Shown: piece by piece, positions 12,338-25,937 of the stretch
Numbering within the stretch: the stretch's first letter is position 1
Layout: each line of letters opens with the position of its first letter
Origin: Trichoplax adhaerens
Taxonomy: Eukaryota; Animalia; Placozoa
NCBI RefSeq assembly: GCF_000150275.1
Contig: NW_002060956.1
Span: forward strand, 1,176,280 to 1,240,279
DNA: 64,000 bases
Reading direction: 5' to 3'
Made by a program: the position numbers and the translations under genes
The notes under the pieces: generated by a model
What the model was told of the DNA's origin: nothing
The model's database searches: none
The model's input: only the letters and a program-made list of their open reading frames with translations

Positions 12338-15041
12338 TTACGCCTTACTATTACGCGATAGCAAAGACCAAAGTTTTACAGAAGATTCTGTCATTATGTG
12401 CTCTTCAGGATCCTGATCAACGTCATTATCATTATCATAATTACGACCGGGCGTAACAAATAAACGTTGACCACATGATGAAGCAAGAAGAGGTAAGGTT
12501 GGATGAAAGCTAAACATACGAATATAATCAATCGAGCGTTAACACATCACAATTGATCGAATTGAATGGGGCATATTGTTTAAAGCATAGAATCGGTTCA
12601 ATGAATACACTTTCTATATAATTTCTCACCTAACACCATTTACGGCATCACGATGGGCAACAAATTGTAGTAACGAAGGTAATGGAGAATCCTTTTCATC
12701 ATTTTGTGCTGATAACGTTGTATCCCAGATGTTGATTGTACCATCTTGGTTGCCGGATGATAAATATCTTCCTGACCTAATTGGTAATAGAAACAATTTC
12801 TACAATTAATAGGATACATGACTTTATTATTATACCACGACGACAAGCTTACGGATCTAGATCAAAATAAATTCGTTGATTAGTTAAAACTTGTCTTGTC
12901 ATAGAGCAAAGCACAACACCAGGTTGTCTAAGATCCCAACATAAAATTTCACTGTCCTGTACAAAAATTTGTAATAAATATGACGTTATCAAAAGAATAA
13001 CAGTGATGATGACTTCGTCTATACTACACTTTGAAATGATGTACATAATTAGTTAAACCTTTCTTCCGCCAGTGAAGAGCCGATTTCCGTCAAGAGAAAA
13101 TTGTAAATGAGTAATTCCCCCATGATGGCCCTTCAATTGAAAACATAGATAGCCGCTGGGTTCTTCATAAATGCCAACTAATGATAATATGACATACTAG
13201 TCTTAGTCGAAGCATTTTAAAATGTTATGTAATACATTAAGAGTTAATATTTTATGTCTTATAATACATTGCAATATAAAATAACCTGATCGAGAATATG
13301 AGCCAACAGCATATAAATTTGTATGGTAAGGGTTCATCGCTATACATGATATAATCCCACTTTGTCCTTCCTTATTAACTATGCAGACATAAGGCGAACG
13401 GATTAATCCAACTTTTAAACTATTGTGATAGATTAGTTATCAATTGTCTTAGTATTCTTTACCGAAAGTTGGTCTATTTTCAAAATCGCGACCCGGCCTT
13501 GAAGTATGGAATACACGAACGGATTTTTTACTACCGCAATAAATTAAATCACCATTTAAGCTAAAGGCCAAGCTATGAGCGGGTGATAATTCATCCTATT
13601 TCATTAGCAAAGTTTATTAGCTAAAATTAATTGCAGTAATTACTTAAATAGTGCTATCCTGCGTCAAGTTAGTCACAAAAGATTTCGTACCAAATGATTA
13701 AAACAGCTATAGGAGCATCTAATTTGGCCGGTATAAGCGTCCCACAAGTGTAAAGGATGATCTCGGCTTGTACTTAAGAAGCTAAAAAGATTAAGAATGT
13801 AGATCGAATATATCATTAAATTTCTGTATGAAGTATGTATTGTTTATGCAGTAAATTAAAACGTAAAATGACCGCAAAAGAAAAAGTTTTAGATAGTAAA
13901 TTTCATATACCAGCATGTAGCGGCATCATATGATGACATCTTGGGATACCAAGTATAATCATAGATAGTTTCTCCTTCTGCCATTCTCAATGCGCAAGTC
14001 TATCCAAAACATATAACAAATCTCCATTAATTCATTAATATCATCATCAATCCATCTTTAAATGTATCGTTAGTTGGTGATATATTTTATTTACCAGATC
14101 AGGTAGTGTCAAACATGGTTGCTCGTAAGCCTCTAAAGGTAAGTCAAATACACGAAGGACATTATCATTCGCGTTGGTTAATAAACAGGAACCGTCAGGG
14201 GACCTGAAATGAATCATGTTATGATTAGACGAATGAACAGGATGATTGCATTGTTAGTTAAATATTACATAAAAAATGATTGCTTTCACATTGTTTAGTT
14301 ACTTTGGCTGGTATAATACGTATATGCAGAGTAATTATACAGTATTAGGGGCGTCATATTACCATTTGCAACCTTTGAGAAAATTTTCACTTCGGTTATG
14401 AAATTCAGAGTAATTGACACAAAATTCCAATGGAGTAGTGACAAAATCGTAATTGATTAATGGTCTAGGAATAGGCAGAGGTTGAGTAAATTCTTACGCA
14501 TTATGTAGTCGAATAGACGTTTGTATTAAATAATGGTACAAATATCATTTCATAGTTGAGCATGAACCTAATTTTCACTTGAAATACAAAAAATTTTGCT
14601 TTTCACTAATCTACTAGCATATACTCCACGTACATGATGTGGTCTTCGTTAGATTCCATGTTATCTTCGTTCAATTCCGTGTTATCTTCATTGGATTCTA
14701 TGTTATCTTCGTTGGATTCCACGTTGTCTTCGTTGAATTTCATCTTATCTTCACCGCTGCCGTTATCATCCACCTTTGGCTGATTCTCGTTAGGTGAAAT
14801 GGTCACTCTCTTGAGCTAGCGGAATTTGCTCAGTATCACAGGGTAAATCCGCATTGGAGGTTACAATGGTCATTGATTTATCAACGTTATCTTGCAAATC
14901 CATTTCTGGCGATTGTTTTAAATGAGAATTTGCATTAGCCAAATTGGTATGATCGTTTTGTGTATTATCGTCGTAATCTTGTAATAGAATGGATTGATCG
15001 ATTTGTTTATTATTTACAGTTAGCGTACACTCCTCATCCAT
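12338..15041 (-). CDS. WRAP53: WD40 protein WRAP53/TCAB1 (telomerase Cajal body protein 1)
   Basis: Spliced translation gives [107 protein letters not shown] and [15 protein letters not shown], with the stop at 12338-12340. The start is uncertain because the acidic first exon has a frame break near 14807. Confidence 0.93.
14636..14738 (-). repeat. 21-bp coding tandem repeat (NEDNxES/L, ~5 copies) in the WRAP53 N-terminus
   Basis: [32 protein letters not shown] in ORF 14606-14806. Confidence 0.9.
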
Positions 15042-16392
15042 CTCTTGCTTATGGCTGTTATAATACTGTAACACTATACCAGTGCAATCCACTTTCGAAG
15101 CAAATGCAAGTTACTCCAATTTCGATATAGACACAGCCGACAGTATCTTTAATATTGCATGGCAATCTCAAGGGGTGTCCTTCGTAAACGTACGGATTTA
15201 TTTACGCTCGAGTAAACACTTGGTCGTATACCAACAGTTAAAAATAGTAAAATTTTAGATTTTCGAAAAAAGTGGAAGTGATACCAATCTTGATGTTAAT
15301 GAAGCAATAAGGATATCCTCAAAGTTGCATAACGATCCCAGCGGACGTCCTTTCCAAATGCAGAATATTTCCTTATATCACCATGGGCTGTTGTATGTAC
15401 GTATGTACAGTGCTTTACCTTAATACTACTACGACAGTCACACTATCTGGTTTTCGAGTGTAAAAATACCAATCTTGACGTTGTGCAACTCACAAAGTAG
15501 TAAAAATATCTTCAACGTTGCACAACCACCTCAAACGATATCTTTTCCGAATGCAAGGCGTTTATTTATATTCTAAAACGTTGTACTAGACTATTATAAT
15601 GACCAAAATAGCCGATATTTCAAATCAATCACAAGCTATACCTTATCTGTAGACAAGGTAGCAAATGTATCTTCAGCGTTGCATAGCGACCTCAACGATC
15701 TTCATTCCAACTGCAAAAGATTGATTAGCGTAGCAATTGATCAGCAGAACCTATCAGTCACCAGATTACCTTCTCAATAAATAATATATATTCTAGTTTA
15801 GCATAAAATGATCTTCCAAATGGAATCAGAGCGGTTTTCTCTTAGTAGTCCCTGGCTAACTTTGCTAATTTGGTCGATTTGCGAGCTGATGTGCAAAGTG
15901 GAAAGGCTTTTGCAAAATTGTATCCTAGCAGCCAGTAAAGCTGCTGAGCGTAGTTATGTGCTCACGCTATAGCTAACGTACAATACTACACTATACAGTA
16001 CTGTTACAGACGTAGAATTTGTATCGTCAACGCAGTCCACTTCTAGTATAGTACAGTATGTTGTACTGTAGTTTACAGTACAACTTTGTACTGTGCACTG
16101 TAGACTGGATGGAGTTTACTGAACCGATTTGGCTTCCAGGAGTTTTATACAGTACCGTATGCAGGGATGGAGCGTAAGCAAGACTGCAGACTCTAGCTAT
16201 AACACTAGAAGGCATTTCATAAAATTGTTTGAACGACTGCGATTAATCCAGCTCCGCCCTGGGCCACTAGCCATCGATGATTTAATTCAAGCTTGCACTC
16301 AATTTTAATTTACAATTAGTTAATATTATTAAGATTCCCCTGGAATATTATTGGTTGTATTACAATCAACGTTAATCCATCCATCTTAAATC
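15042..16392. promoter_or_regulatory. Divergent promoter region WRAP53/PEX1 with a TACAG/CTGTA cluster
   Basis: Head-to-head genes. TACAGTAC-type cluster at ~15975-16105 and a GC patch (CTCCGCCCTGGGCC) at ~16252. Confidence 0.55.
15140..15720. repeat. Degenerate ~180-bp tandem repeat (3-4 copies) between WRAP53 and PEX1
   Basis: TATC.TCA..GTTGCA...C.A.C.CA...GA...TTCC.A.TGCA recurs at ~15313, ~15507 and ~15667. ATACCAATCTTGA occurs at 15281 and 15466. Confidence 0.7.
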
Positions 16393-19300
16393 ATGCGAAT
16401 TCTGAGCAATAGAGTAGTCATTGTCAAGGTTAATGCTTCGATGAAAACGACGTTCCTGGATTTACCTTCCAGTTGCAGAGATTACTTCAGCTCGCACTCC
16501 AAGGTATTGGCTGCAAGAGTGGCTTGCCTACAACTGTTTAACGTGGAGACAATTTTAGTTCTCTTTGCGCTAGATGACTTCATTCTTCTCCAATGGATAT
16601 AAATTCTAATATACATTATAATATCCAGTTAGTAATAAGAATTCCATTGGATTGGTAGATCAGCAGTTATAGCGATGATCCAAGGATAGAGAATTACGCA
16701 CAGCTGGATCCACGGCTAATTCCGATAATTATAATTTTGTCCATGTAGCAACGATAGTCAACAATAGATACTCATTATACTAGCTTACTTTACTCTAATG
16801 GATCATAGCATACATTAAAATATTGAGTGAGTTGCAAAGATATCATTAGATGAGCAGTATAATGATAGTCGCAATGATGATACTACGAATCTAGAATAGA
16901 GAATTCCGCAAAACTAATCTACGTGTACTTCCGATAATTTTGCCTCATGATTACTAGGGTAAAAACAACAATCGCGATGTACAATTGCTAATAAATCATT
17001 AATCATAGGTACTGGTTTTGAAAGCCGAATGGAATGATAGCTCATTTGCTTACTTTACGTGGTCTGGTCAGTTTGTCAGGAAAAGCAAGAGATCCTTCGA
17101 TTCAAATGACTACATCCAGATTAGCAGCCAATATGCTAATCAATTGGGTATTAAAGATGGGAATGAGGTAAATACTCGTACAGGGCTGCCCTTGAATAGC
17201 TATTATAAACGAATCTTAGCCGCCAAGTTTAAAATTGATTCATATTTTGCTCGTATTCCTAGCTGTATTATAACCCAAAGGTAAAAATATGTTTCTAATG
17301 TATTATACTGGTATTATTTATAGATTGTTATCAGCGAAATTGAATCAATAGACAATTGTTCCAGTGCCTCCATAGAGCCTGCAACTAGCGATGATTGGGA
17401 AATTTTAGTAAGCTTATCTTTTTCCTTAATAAAGATCGATGCGTTATGCGCTAGTCCTTTCCAGTGTGTGTAATTATGAATCATGAATCACATATTATTG
17501 ACGATATAGGAACTAAATTCTCAGTATGTGGAATCAAATTTATTAAATCAAGTACGCGTCATTTGGCCTGGACAAATTATGCCCATGTGGATTCATGGTA
17601 AAGTTTGCGCTTTACTTAAGATAGGTAAGCCAATAGCATAGTTTAAGTATGAGTCAATAAAAATTCGTTTAAGCTATCGGAAATACCTACTTATTGTGAA
17701 ATCAAACTATGTAATTCTAATATCTAATTTCTATTTAGTTGATGTCGAGCCAGCTGCATCATGCTTATTACTAGATAATTCTACCAAGTTAGTTGTTGCA
17801 CCTAAATTGCGATCTAAATCATCATTGGCAAAAAATACGGCGAATTTTGACTCTAAAGCATCGGATACAGGTAAAGATAACCAAAAATTAGGGTCGACTA
17901 CTGAAAATGAAGAGAGTATCGGATTTTATGATCAGTTGTGGTCTATGTTTTCCACATCACAATCAAGAAATAATATTGAAAACGAAGATAGCAACAATAC
18001 TGGAGATAGCAGTAAATATAGTTTAGAATCGTTACAGCTATCAGGAATCGATAGGAAATTTAGAATTCAAGATGGTGATCTTTATGACGATCTTAGCAAT
18101 ATTTATTCTTCAAATCAATACACATTGGATGTGCATCCCTCTGACATGTTGAGCCTTTTACCATCTAGGCAACAATATGTCAGTAATAAAAACATCATGG
18201 TTGTCGTTGAGTGTGACAGCTTTAGCCTTAACAAAGATTCAAATGATAATGGAAAAGGAAAGAGCAAGGACGAAGAAAAAGATTTAAAACCTTCCAAAGG
18301 TAGCAATCTTAGGAAAACTATAGTATATATTACTGCATGTGAAAAAAAGAATCTTGACAACGAAGATAGTTCGTTAGTACCAGTAAAAGAAAATCATATC
18401 AAAATGTCATCAATATTAAGAAGACAGCTGAACTGTAGTTTGGCAGCCTACGTGAAAGTGAAAAGTGTGACTGCTACAGAAGCAGTAAATGCAGCTATCA
18501 TGACGATTATATTGCACCCTCTCGTAAAAATAGTATGTATCAATAGATGGTTCATGATATATCATTCTGATAGATAATGAAAAAGCGCCCTCATTTGCGT
18601 TCAAAATTTAGAATATCTGAATATAATAAATTATTTTATAGAACACCAATTTACTACCAAATACTGAAATAATAAAGGCTTTCGCATCGTGGGTAAAAGA
18701 ATGTTCCACTGGATTACCAATACCCGTGATTGACGGCTCACTACTATCTTTTCCAGTTAAAATCAACGGCAAAAGTTAGTATTAAAAATCTCGTAATAGG
18801 AATGTGGTAACGATATTGTCTTGTTTATTAAGATAACTATGGATATTTATTCCTATAATTTCTAGATAATAAAGTGGAAGTGGTATTACATATCGAAACT
18901 TTTTCTACCAGTATGCTCTTTTCTAGTTCCGGGTTGTTCTATTTTTTACTTTGTCCTCAAAGCCTAGAAAATGTAGATATTAGCGTCGGAGGTCTATATA
19001 ACGACACTGATATCGCGAAAAGATATCCAATATGCAATTTAGAAAATGTCGATTCATATCATCCTGAATGTCAATATTCTCAGCTAGGGTAATGCCAGTA
19101 TTATTATCCACATTCTATAATGACAAACTTTTAAAATATTTACTAAATTTTTTGTAGTGGCTTTGAAAATGAACTTGAGATAGGAATACAACATTTACTG
19201 CTTGATTTGAACGGCGCCCAGGACATTGTGACAATTAATGATGGTGGTATCATAATCTATAGCAGTACTGGTGAAGCGTCAGGATGTGGAAGAACTGCTT

Positions 19301-22255
19301 TAGCTCATGGATTATGCCATCTAGCTAGTAAATGGCCCCTGCTAGCTCACATTCAAGCTATTCATTGCTTATCAATGCGAGGTATTTTATTCAATACGAC
19401 GTATTAACCTTCTTGAATATTTTTTATTACAAGTAAAACGCAAAGTTTGTATAGTTAATCGTTTGAAATAATAAATTAGGTAAAAGGGTCGATCAAATTC
19501 GGCGATTGCTACAACAGACATTTAAACAAGCGGTATATCATCAACCATCAGTTATTTTACTGGATGATATTGATTGCATTACGTCGTTGTCTCAAGATCC
19601 TGCATTGGAAGTTGGGGAAGATGCAACTTATAAGTTGAGGATTGCAGAAAGTAAGTATAATTTGATCATCCCTTTCATTGTTAAGTTTATGTAATTTACA
19701 GATTATAGATAACTGTCTGTTTATGCTATTTATAGCGATTTATGAAATCTGTAAAAAAACAATTTCCAAGAAGGATAGAATATCAGTTATTGCAACGTGT
19801 CGAAGCCTGGACGCATTACAACGAATTCCAAACTGGATTCATTTATTTCGAACAACTATTGACATAAAACCTACTACGATAGTAAGAAATGGAGAAAAGT
19901 TTATATGCATGAGTAACGGCAAAATTTTAACTTACATTTCTATTTTATTAAACTTTTGTTGCTAGGAGAGCCGAGCAAAAATTCTTGCTGCTATTCTAAA
20001 AAGGAGAAATATAATTTATGATGAAGACACAATTGATCTTAAGTATAAATTTGAAGCTTCTATAATTTTGCATCGTACCATTATTTTCTTAACTAAATCA
20101 CCATTTATGTAACCAACCATTAAATGCATTTAAAGTTTGTGGGCCTCTAAAACTCATGGATTTCTACCTGGAGACTTACTATCTTTAGTAGATCGAAGTC
20201 GCCATGCCGCTACTAACAGACACATCACGAATAACTTAGCCACGAATAATTCTTTGAACGTTTTCAACTATGACATTGAGAAGGCTCTAGAAGGATATAC
20301 ACCTGCAGCCTTACGTGGTGCAAGCCTACATTCTCCGGGGGATTTATCCTGGCAAGATATAGGAGGACTGAATGATATCAAGGCTGTCTTAGTAGAAACT
20401 CTACTTTGGCCATCAAGGGTTAGGATTTTTAAAACATACCGCTAGTATTTATACACGATTTATTAAATAACGAATTTCACGTACTATTATAGTATCCAAA
20501 ATTGTTTGCCAGTTGTCCTCTCCGTCTTCGTTCGGGAATTCTACTATATGGACCCCCTGGTTGTGGTAAAACACTTCTTGCTGGGATTGTTGCAAAGGAA
20601 TGCGGATTAAATTTCATAAGTATTAAGGTGTCTTACTGCTTTATAAAATTATGGATGGGTTGTAAATTTTTATTCCCGATATTAATCAAAAGAATATGCA
20701 ATTTATGATTATTTAATCAAGGGTCCGGAAATACTTAATAAATACATTGGTGCTAGTGAGCAAGCTGTTCGAGATTTATTCGTGAGGTAATTTGACGTGT
20801 AAACTTGAAATGAGTTTGTGTCAAATAACTGACTAGTAATAACAATCAATAGTTATAATCTAAGACTCGTTAAACCAATAATTTTCAAATTTTTAAATTT
20901 TTTTTAAAAGAGCTCAATCAGCCAAGCCATCCATTTTATTTTTTGATGAATTTGACTCGATTGCACCCAGGTATGATTGCGAAATTAATAAACTATTTAG
21001 ACATTACGAAAATTTAGTATTGTAACTTTAGTGCTGAAATTTGTTTATTACACGATTAAAATAGGCGAGGACATGATAGTACTGGTGTTACAGATCGAGT
21101 TGTCAACCAACTCCTCACTCAATTAGATGGAGTAGAAGGCTTGGAAGGTTACTTCATATCTGTACTTTCAATTAGTTAACCTTTGGTATAAACTAATAGA
21201 ATTTATGCAATATTTTAATCATTTCTACTTTTTATTGTTATAGGTGTATATGTACTTGCTGCAACCAGTCGACCTGACTTAATCGATCCAGCACTTTTGC
21301 GCCCTGGCAGATTTGATAAGTGTTTAAGATGTGATTTGCCAACAAAGGTATCGTATCAGTCTTAATTTGTATAATACTAATATGTATAGCGAGAATGGAA
21401 CTATTCCCTACTCATTTGGTATCATTTTTTATTAGCAAGAACGAGTTGAAATCTTGAAAGCGCTTTCACAAAAATTAACCTTATCAAAAGATGTTGACCT
21501 AGATGAAATTGCTGAAAGTTCTGAACATTTTAGTGGGGCTGATCTGAAGGGACTCTTATATAATGCTCAGATAACATCTATACATGAAAGCCAACAGTAT
21601 TATACAAAGGTATCAAATACAGTCCAGGATTATCAACCCAATAAATTTACAAATAAAGAAATACTACTCATACACGGTTTCAATGAGACTCCACGATCTC
21701 CAAATGATACCGAAATTAAAGAAATCAATGCAGCGGTATGAAATAAATTTTAGAAGGGCTTACTATACTGTATAGATAGACATCGCCGCTATTTGTTGAT
21801 TTTATTTCATTTATGTTATTTGTCTTAACCTGTCAGTTGATGCCATTAATGTCATCGAAGAGTAAAGGAGCAGACAATATGAAGCATAACTCATTACACC
21901 AACAAAGTAATCATTCGGATAAACGTGCAGTCACCATTGCTATTACGAATGATCACTTAATACAAAGCGCTTCAGAAATGAATCCATCGGTTTCTGAATT
22001 TGAGCGCGCGAAATATATAAGGATGTAAGTATTGCTGCGATCCTCATATAATTCAGGAATTACTTAGGACCCTGATTCTTATCTCATATTGGTTCGGTAT
22101 GAATATCGAGATAGATAGAAATTTATTACATCACAGTTTACTAACTCATTGCCGATTTCTGTAACTATAGATATGATAACTTTGTTAAGTCCCGTACTGG
22201 GCTATCGCAGTCATCCGATGAGGATACTAAGGGTAAACGTGTTACGTTGAAGTAA
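16393..22255 (+). CDS. PEX1: Peroxisomal AAA+ ATPase PEX1
   Basis: N-domain [30 protein letters not shown]; D1 with [11 protein letters not shown]; D2 WQDIGGL...[21 protein letters not shown]...[21 protein letters not shown]...[37 protein letters not shown]...[17 protein letters not shown]; C-terminus GKRVTLK*. Confidence 0.96.
16655..16945. repeat. Two-copy degenerate duplication in PEX1 intron 1
   Basis: AGAT.AGCAGT...ATAGAGAATT.CGCA...TTCCGATAATT at ~16657 and ~16847. Confidence 0.6.
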
Positions 22256-22938
22256 AGACTATTTCAAGGTATATGTGTAATAGCAATATTTAGATATGCT
22301 TGATTATTCTTATTTGTTGTATCAATTCTGACGAAAGCAAAATGGTGATTGAAAAGTATTGATAATAGTACTGTATACTGTAATCAAATTAATATGACCA
22401 TATTTTTGAAGAAGATAGCATACAAGATTATAATTTGGAATCAAAAAATTGTGATAGTGGTAACATCTCTAACTAGAGCCAATGAATTTATTTTTTTTGA
22501 TATCTGAACGTGAAATTAATATCAGATAAAAATTACTATACAAGCTATTAATCTTATGATAGCATCAATAATTAACAATCAGAAATTGAAATTTTATACT
22601 GGTTCGAATCAGTTTCAATTCCTTTCGTGAAAATTAACTTATTAGCAAAATCCATCCAACATTGAAGAAATATTTATATCTTGTTACAAGATTTACTAAT
22701 ATTTTTAATAATGCCAGTTTTTACCGAGATTTGTGATGTAATGAATTGCGTAGATCGCAACGCATTTAATTCTGTGATTATATATAAGCTGATAAATACT
22801 GCATTAATGCCAATGAGAGGCTGAGAAAATTTATAAATGTGATTTTATATTCTTTGCCACTTTCCCTATAATCAATAAAATATGCGATGTACCATTTAAA
22901 ATCAGATCGATTCCTGTAAAAATTTCTTGTAACTATGT

Positions 22939-25608
22939 TCACTTTTTTTTCTTTTTGCCCTTTGGAGTTGATTGTAGCCTTTTTACATGTAAAGGTTTAT
23001 AAAATTTAGATAGAGACAAATTATGTTCAGTTTCGGTCTTTAATATAGGATCTTTTGTGACACTAACGGCTGCATTATCAATATTGGGATTCTTATTACT
23101 CAAATTTGCCTCGTTATTTTCTGTACAATGAGTATTTTTCGTTTCAAACGATTGAGATACATCAACAGTCTTACAAATGCTACTTTGTGTTGAAGTCGAA
23201 ACTTTGGCCAATGTAGAAATCCAAGGGTAATTAATTTGTGGTACCCGTTCGATGATATTATTAATACAGCCGGTGAGTGAACACGATTTCTTTAATATTA
23301 TTGCAAAGGAAATAATTACCTTGATTAGAATGTTATAGAAGGGAAAAATTAAACAGCAGTGCTATTAACTGACCTTAATTCCAATTGCGATTGCACTATT
23401 AATACCAAAATGTGGAGCAATTTCTTTGCTAAGATCACTTATACAAGCTGCATGTATCGTATTGGTTGCACACAATAGCAATATTTGTCGCCGTAGTAAA
23501 TTGCTACTTATAGAATTGCAAATTAAAGCCATCCTCAATTTCTTTTGCTCTAAAGTTCGTATAACTGCATTGATTCCAACAACAATATCTTCTTTAGTAA
23601 ACTGATCGGGCTTGGTAGATATTTCTTGTTGATCCGCCTTAGATTTAAGATCACGGGTACTTGTCTTACGAAGTAGCTGGCTGGGTGAATGGCTACAGTT
23701 ACGCAAAGACGTTTAATACAAATGTCATCTTCTACCATCAACTGAGCATTAAATTATTTATTTATGTGCAATAATCTATCGTTTTCCATATTTAATTTAA
23801 CGTGAGAAATTTAATTTATTGCATGCGCGTACTATTAAAAAGTATTCTTTCGTGGAGCTAAAAATATTAGCAGAGTAACATGAAGACTTGTCATCATTCG
23901 ATATTTCAAGTATCGAAACGGACATAAATCAACATTAAGTATTGTTGCATATTGATAATTTCTGATGTTACGCGTATCATTTCCAATATGTGAAAGCAGC
24001 GTGCTTTATATTACAAATCACCTGATAATTTCTTGTAAAATAAATTGGTTATCTTCAGGGCTCAGTACTGACCTAGATGACAAGATAACGATTCGAAAAT
24101 TTTATCCATTCGTTTGAGATAGCTACAGGCTGCAAGTTATAAGATGTAGCAAATATGATGCTGTACTGCATAATGAAGTTGCGCATAAGATATTACCAGA
24201 GTCATAAGATATCGAGTGATAAAATTTTATTATTTAGGATATCAATTAGTTAGGGTTTTATTAATAAAAGATTATTTTACATGGCTTAGACTACGGTATA
24301 TATTATATATATATGGCCGCATTAGAGTGATCAGATCTGATAAGAAAAATTTTTGAATGGCTACCTCAGTAAACTGTAATTGCACAAGTCTATACGCGTA
24401 TGTGCTCACAATAGTATGATATAGAGGAAATTGTACAGTTCTACAGATGAGTTTGTACAGAAAAGATCAACTTACGGCCATTACTTGGATTATTACTATA
24501 TGTGACGCATATAGAGGAGTTCCTACTAAATAGTTTCATTAGGCTACTATGATTAACTCTAGTTGTTACGAGTAATAATTCTTAAGATGAAATGACAGTA
24601 AAGATCTGCTCGTAATCAATCATTTTATTAATTTAAACTTATATGAGCAACTACATTAAATTACATTACAAAACCGGGTAGACGTATTTATAAACAGATA
24701 ATTGTAATAGATGAATGCGAATTTGCATAGAAATGATCAGCTTGTAGTCAATTACTTTTTAGTTAGACTGCTAATGACTAACCGATGCAGATAACTGTAT
24801 CCTATCAGAAGAATAATACTGCAGCTCTTATATATGAGTTTGCATAGATAAGATCAACCGTTCACTTTTTATCTAGATTAATATAACTAGCCGGTGCAGG
24901 TTAATTATATTAGCAGAAAATGAATACTATAGCTCTCCTAGACCAACTCCTAGTTAATTACTTGTTAGATTACTGTAACGAATCCGTACGGATTATATTA
25001 TTAGAAGATAGATAGTTCCTACGATGTGTTTACATAGAAATGATCAGTTGGCACAGTAGTTAAATCATTTTTTGCGTAGATTACAAGTATTCGTTTACCC
25101 GTATTAGGAGAAAAAAGCTGTAGAAACTGCATTTGGTAAAAATGAGCTTGCACAGAAAAAGATCAGCTCGAAGTTGATCACTGTTTTACTTCGATTACTA
25201 CTACTGGTTTGTACCGATTATACTAGTAGAAGGGTAGATCATTCCTACAGATGAATTTGCATAGAAAAGATCAGTTTGCACCGTAGTTGAATCATTATTG
25301 ACGTAGGTGCATAGAATAAGTAAATTATTATACGGATGTTTTATTGAATCGTGAATAATTATGATACTATTACAGTATTCTATTTGTGGTACTGTAGAAG
25401 ATAGCTGGGGAAATTGCAATTGGCATGAGCTTGCACAAAAAACATCAGCTCGTAGTCAATCACTTGTAACTTAGATTACTTTTATGACTAACCATTGCAG
25501 ATTATACGGTGAAGATATGTAATTCTTAAAGATGAGTTTGCGCTTTTGAGCAGATTTACTACGAAGTGTAGCAGGCTTTGCATTTTGATCACGTTTGATA
25601 TCCGTCAT
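22939..25608 (-). CDS. RPP38: RNase P/MRP protein subunit p38 (L7Ae family)
   Basis: Exons 25608-25493 (MTDIK...FKNYISSPYNLQW), 24072-24022 (SVLSPEDNQFILQEII), 23692-23374 (DIVVGINAVIRTLEQ...LSKEIAPHFGINSAIAIGIK) and ~23289-22939 (VPQINYPW...KPLHVKRLQSTPKGKKKKK*). The motif order matches RPP38. Confidence 0.85.
24340..25545. repeat. Degenerate ~110-170-bp tandem array filling RPP38 intron 1
   Basis: ATGA(G/A)(T/C)TTGCA(C/T)AGAAA..GATCAG recurs at ~24447, 24716, 24834, 25024, 25142, 25251 and 25425, and joins the exon-1 sequence at 25532. Confidence 0.85.
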
Positions 25609-25937
25609 ATTGTCATCTTCCTTCTGCACGACCTCATCGATAGTTGGACCGTAGGCAAAGAATCGTCTATAGTAAATATTACAGCAGTCAGCGCCAAACG
25701 ACTAAACCAAAGACATTAACAGTTGCTGAGATCGATCCGTCTATCCGTCCATGTAGTTCGAGTATGGAGAGCAAGTGTGCCGAACTGTACCCGTTTTAGT
25801 AGTCCTCGACTGAGCACAGTGTACAGTGTACAGTATTACACTTTGTACTGTACACTGTATGTCTGTACTCAGTCTGAGGATGTACACCTTTGCGGCGGCG
25901 CAGCCACATCCATCATCTTTTCGCGGGAAAAGCAAAC
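25609..25937. promoter_or_regulatory. Compact bidirectional promoter RPP38/RNASEH2B
   Basis: The ATGs are 329 bp apart, head-to-head. The gap holds a perfect 14-bp inverted repeat (25822-25835/25846-25859) and GCGGCGGCGC at ~25892. Confidence 0.7.

Noticed and set aside
23550-23741. Apparent frameshift in RPP38 from overlapping ORFs
   Set aside because: It is resolved by the acceptor AACTGTAG|C at 23692, which keeps the frame.
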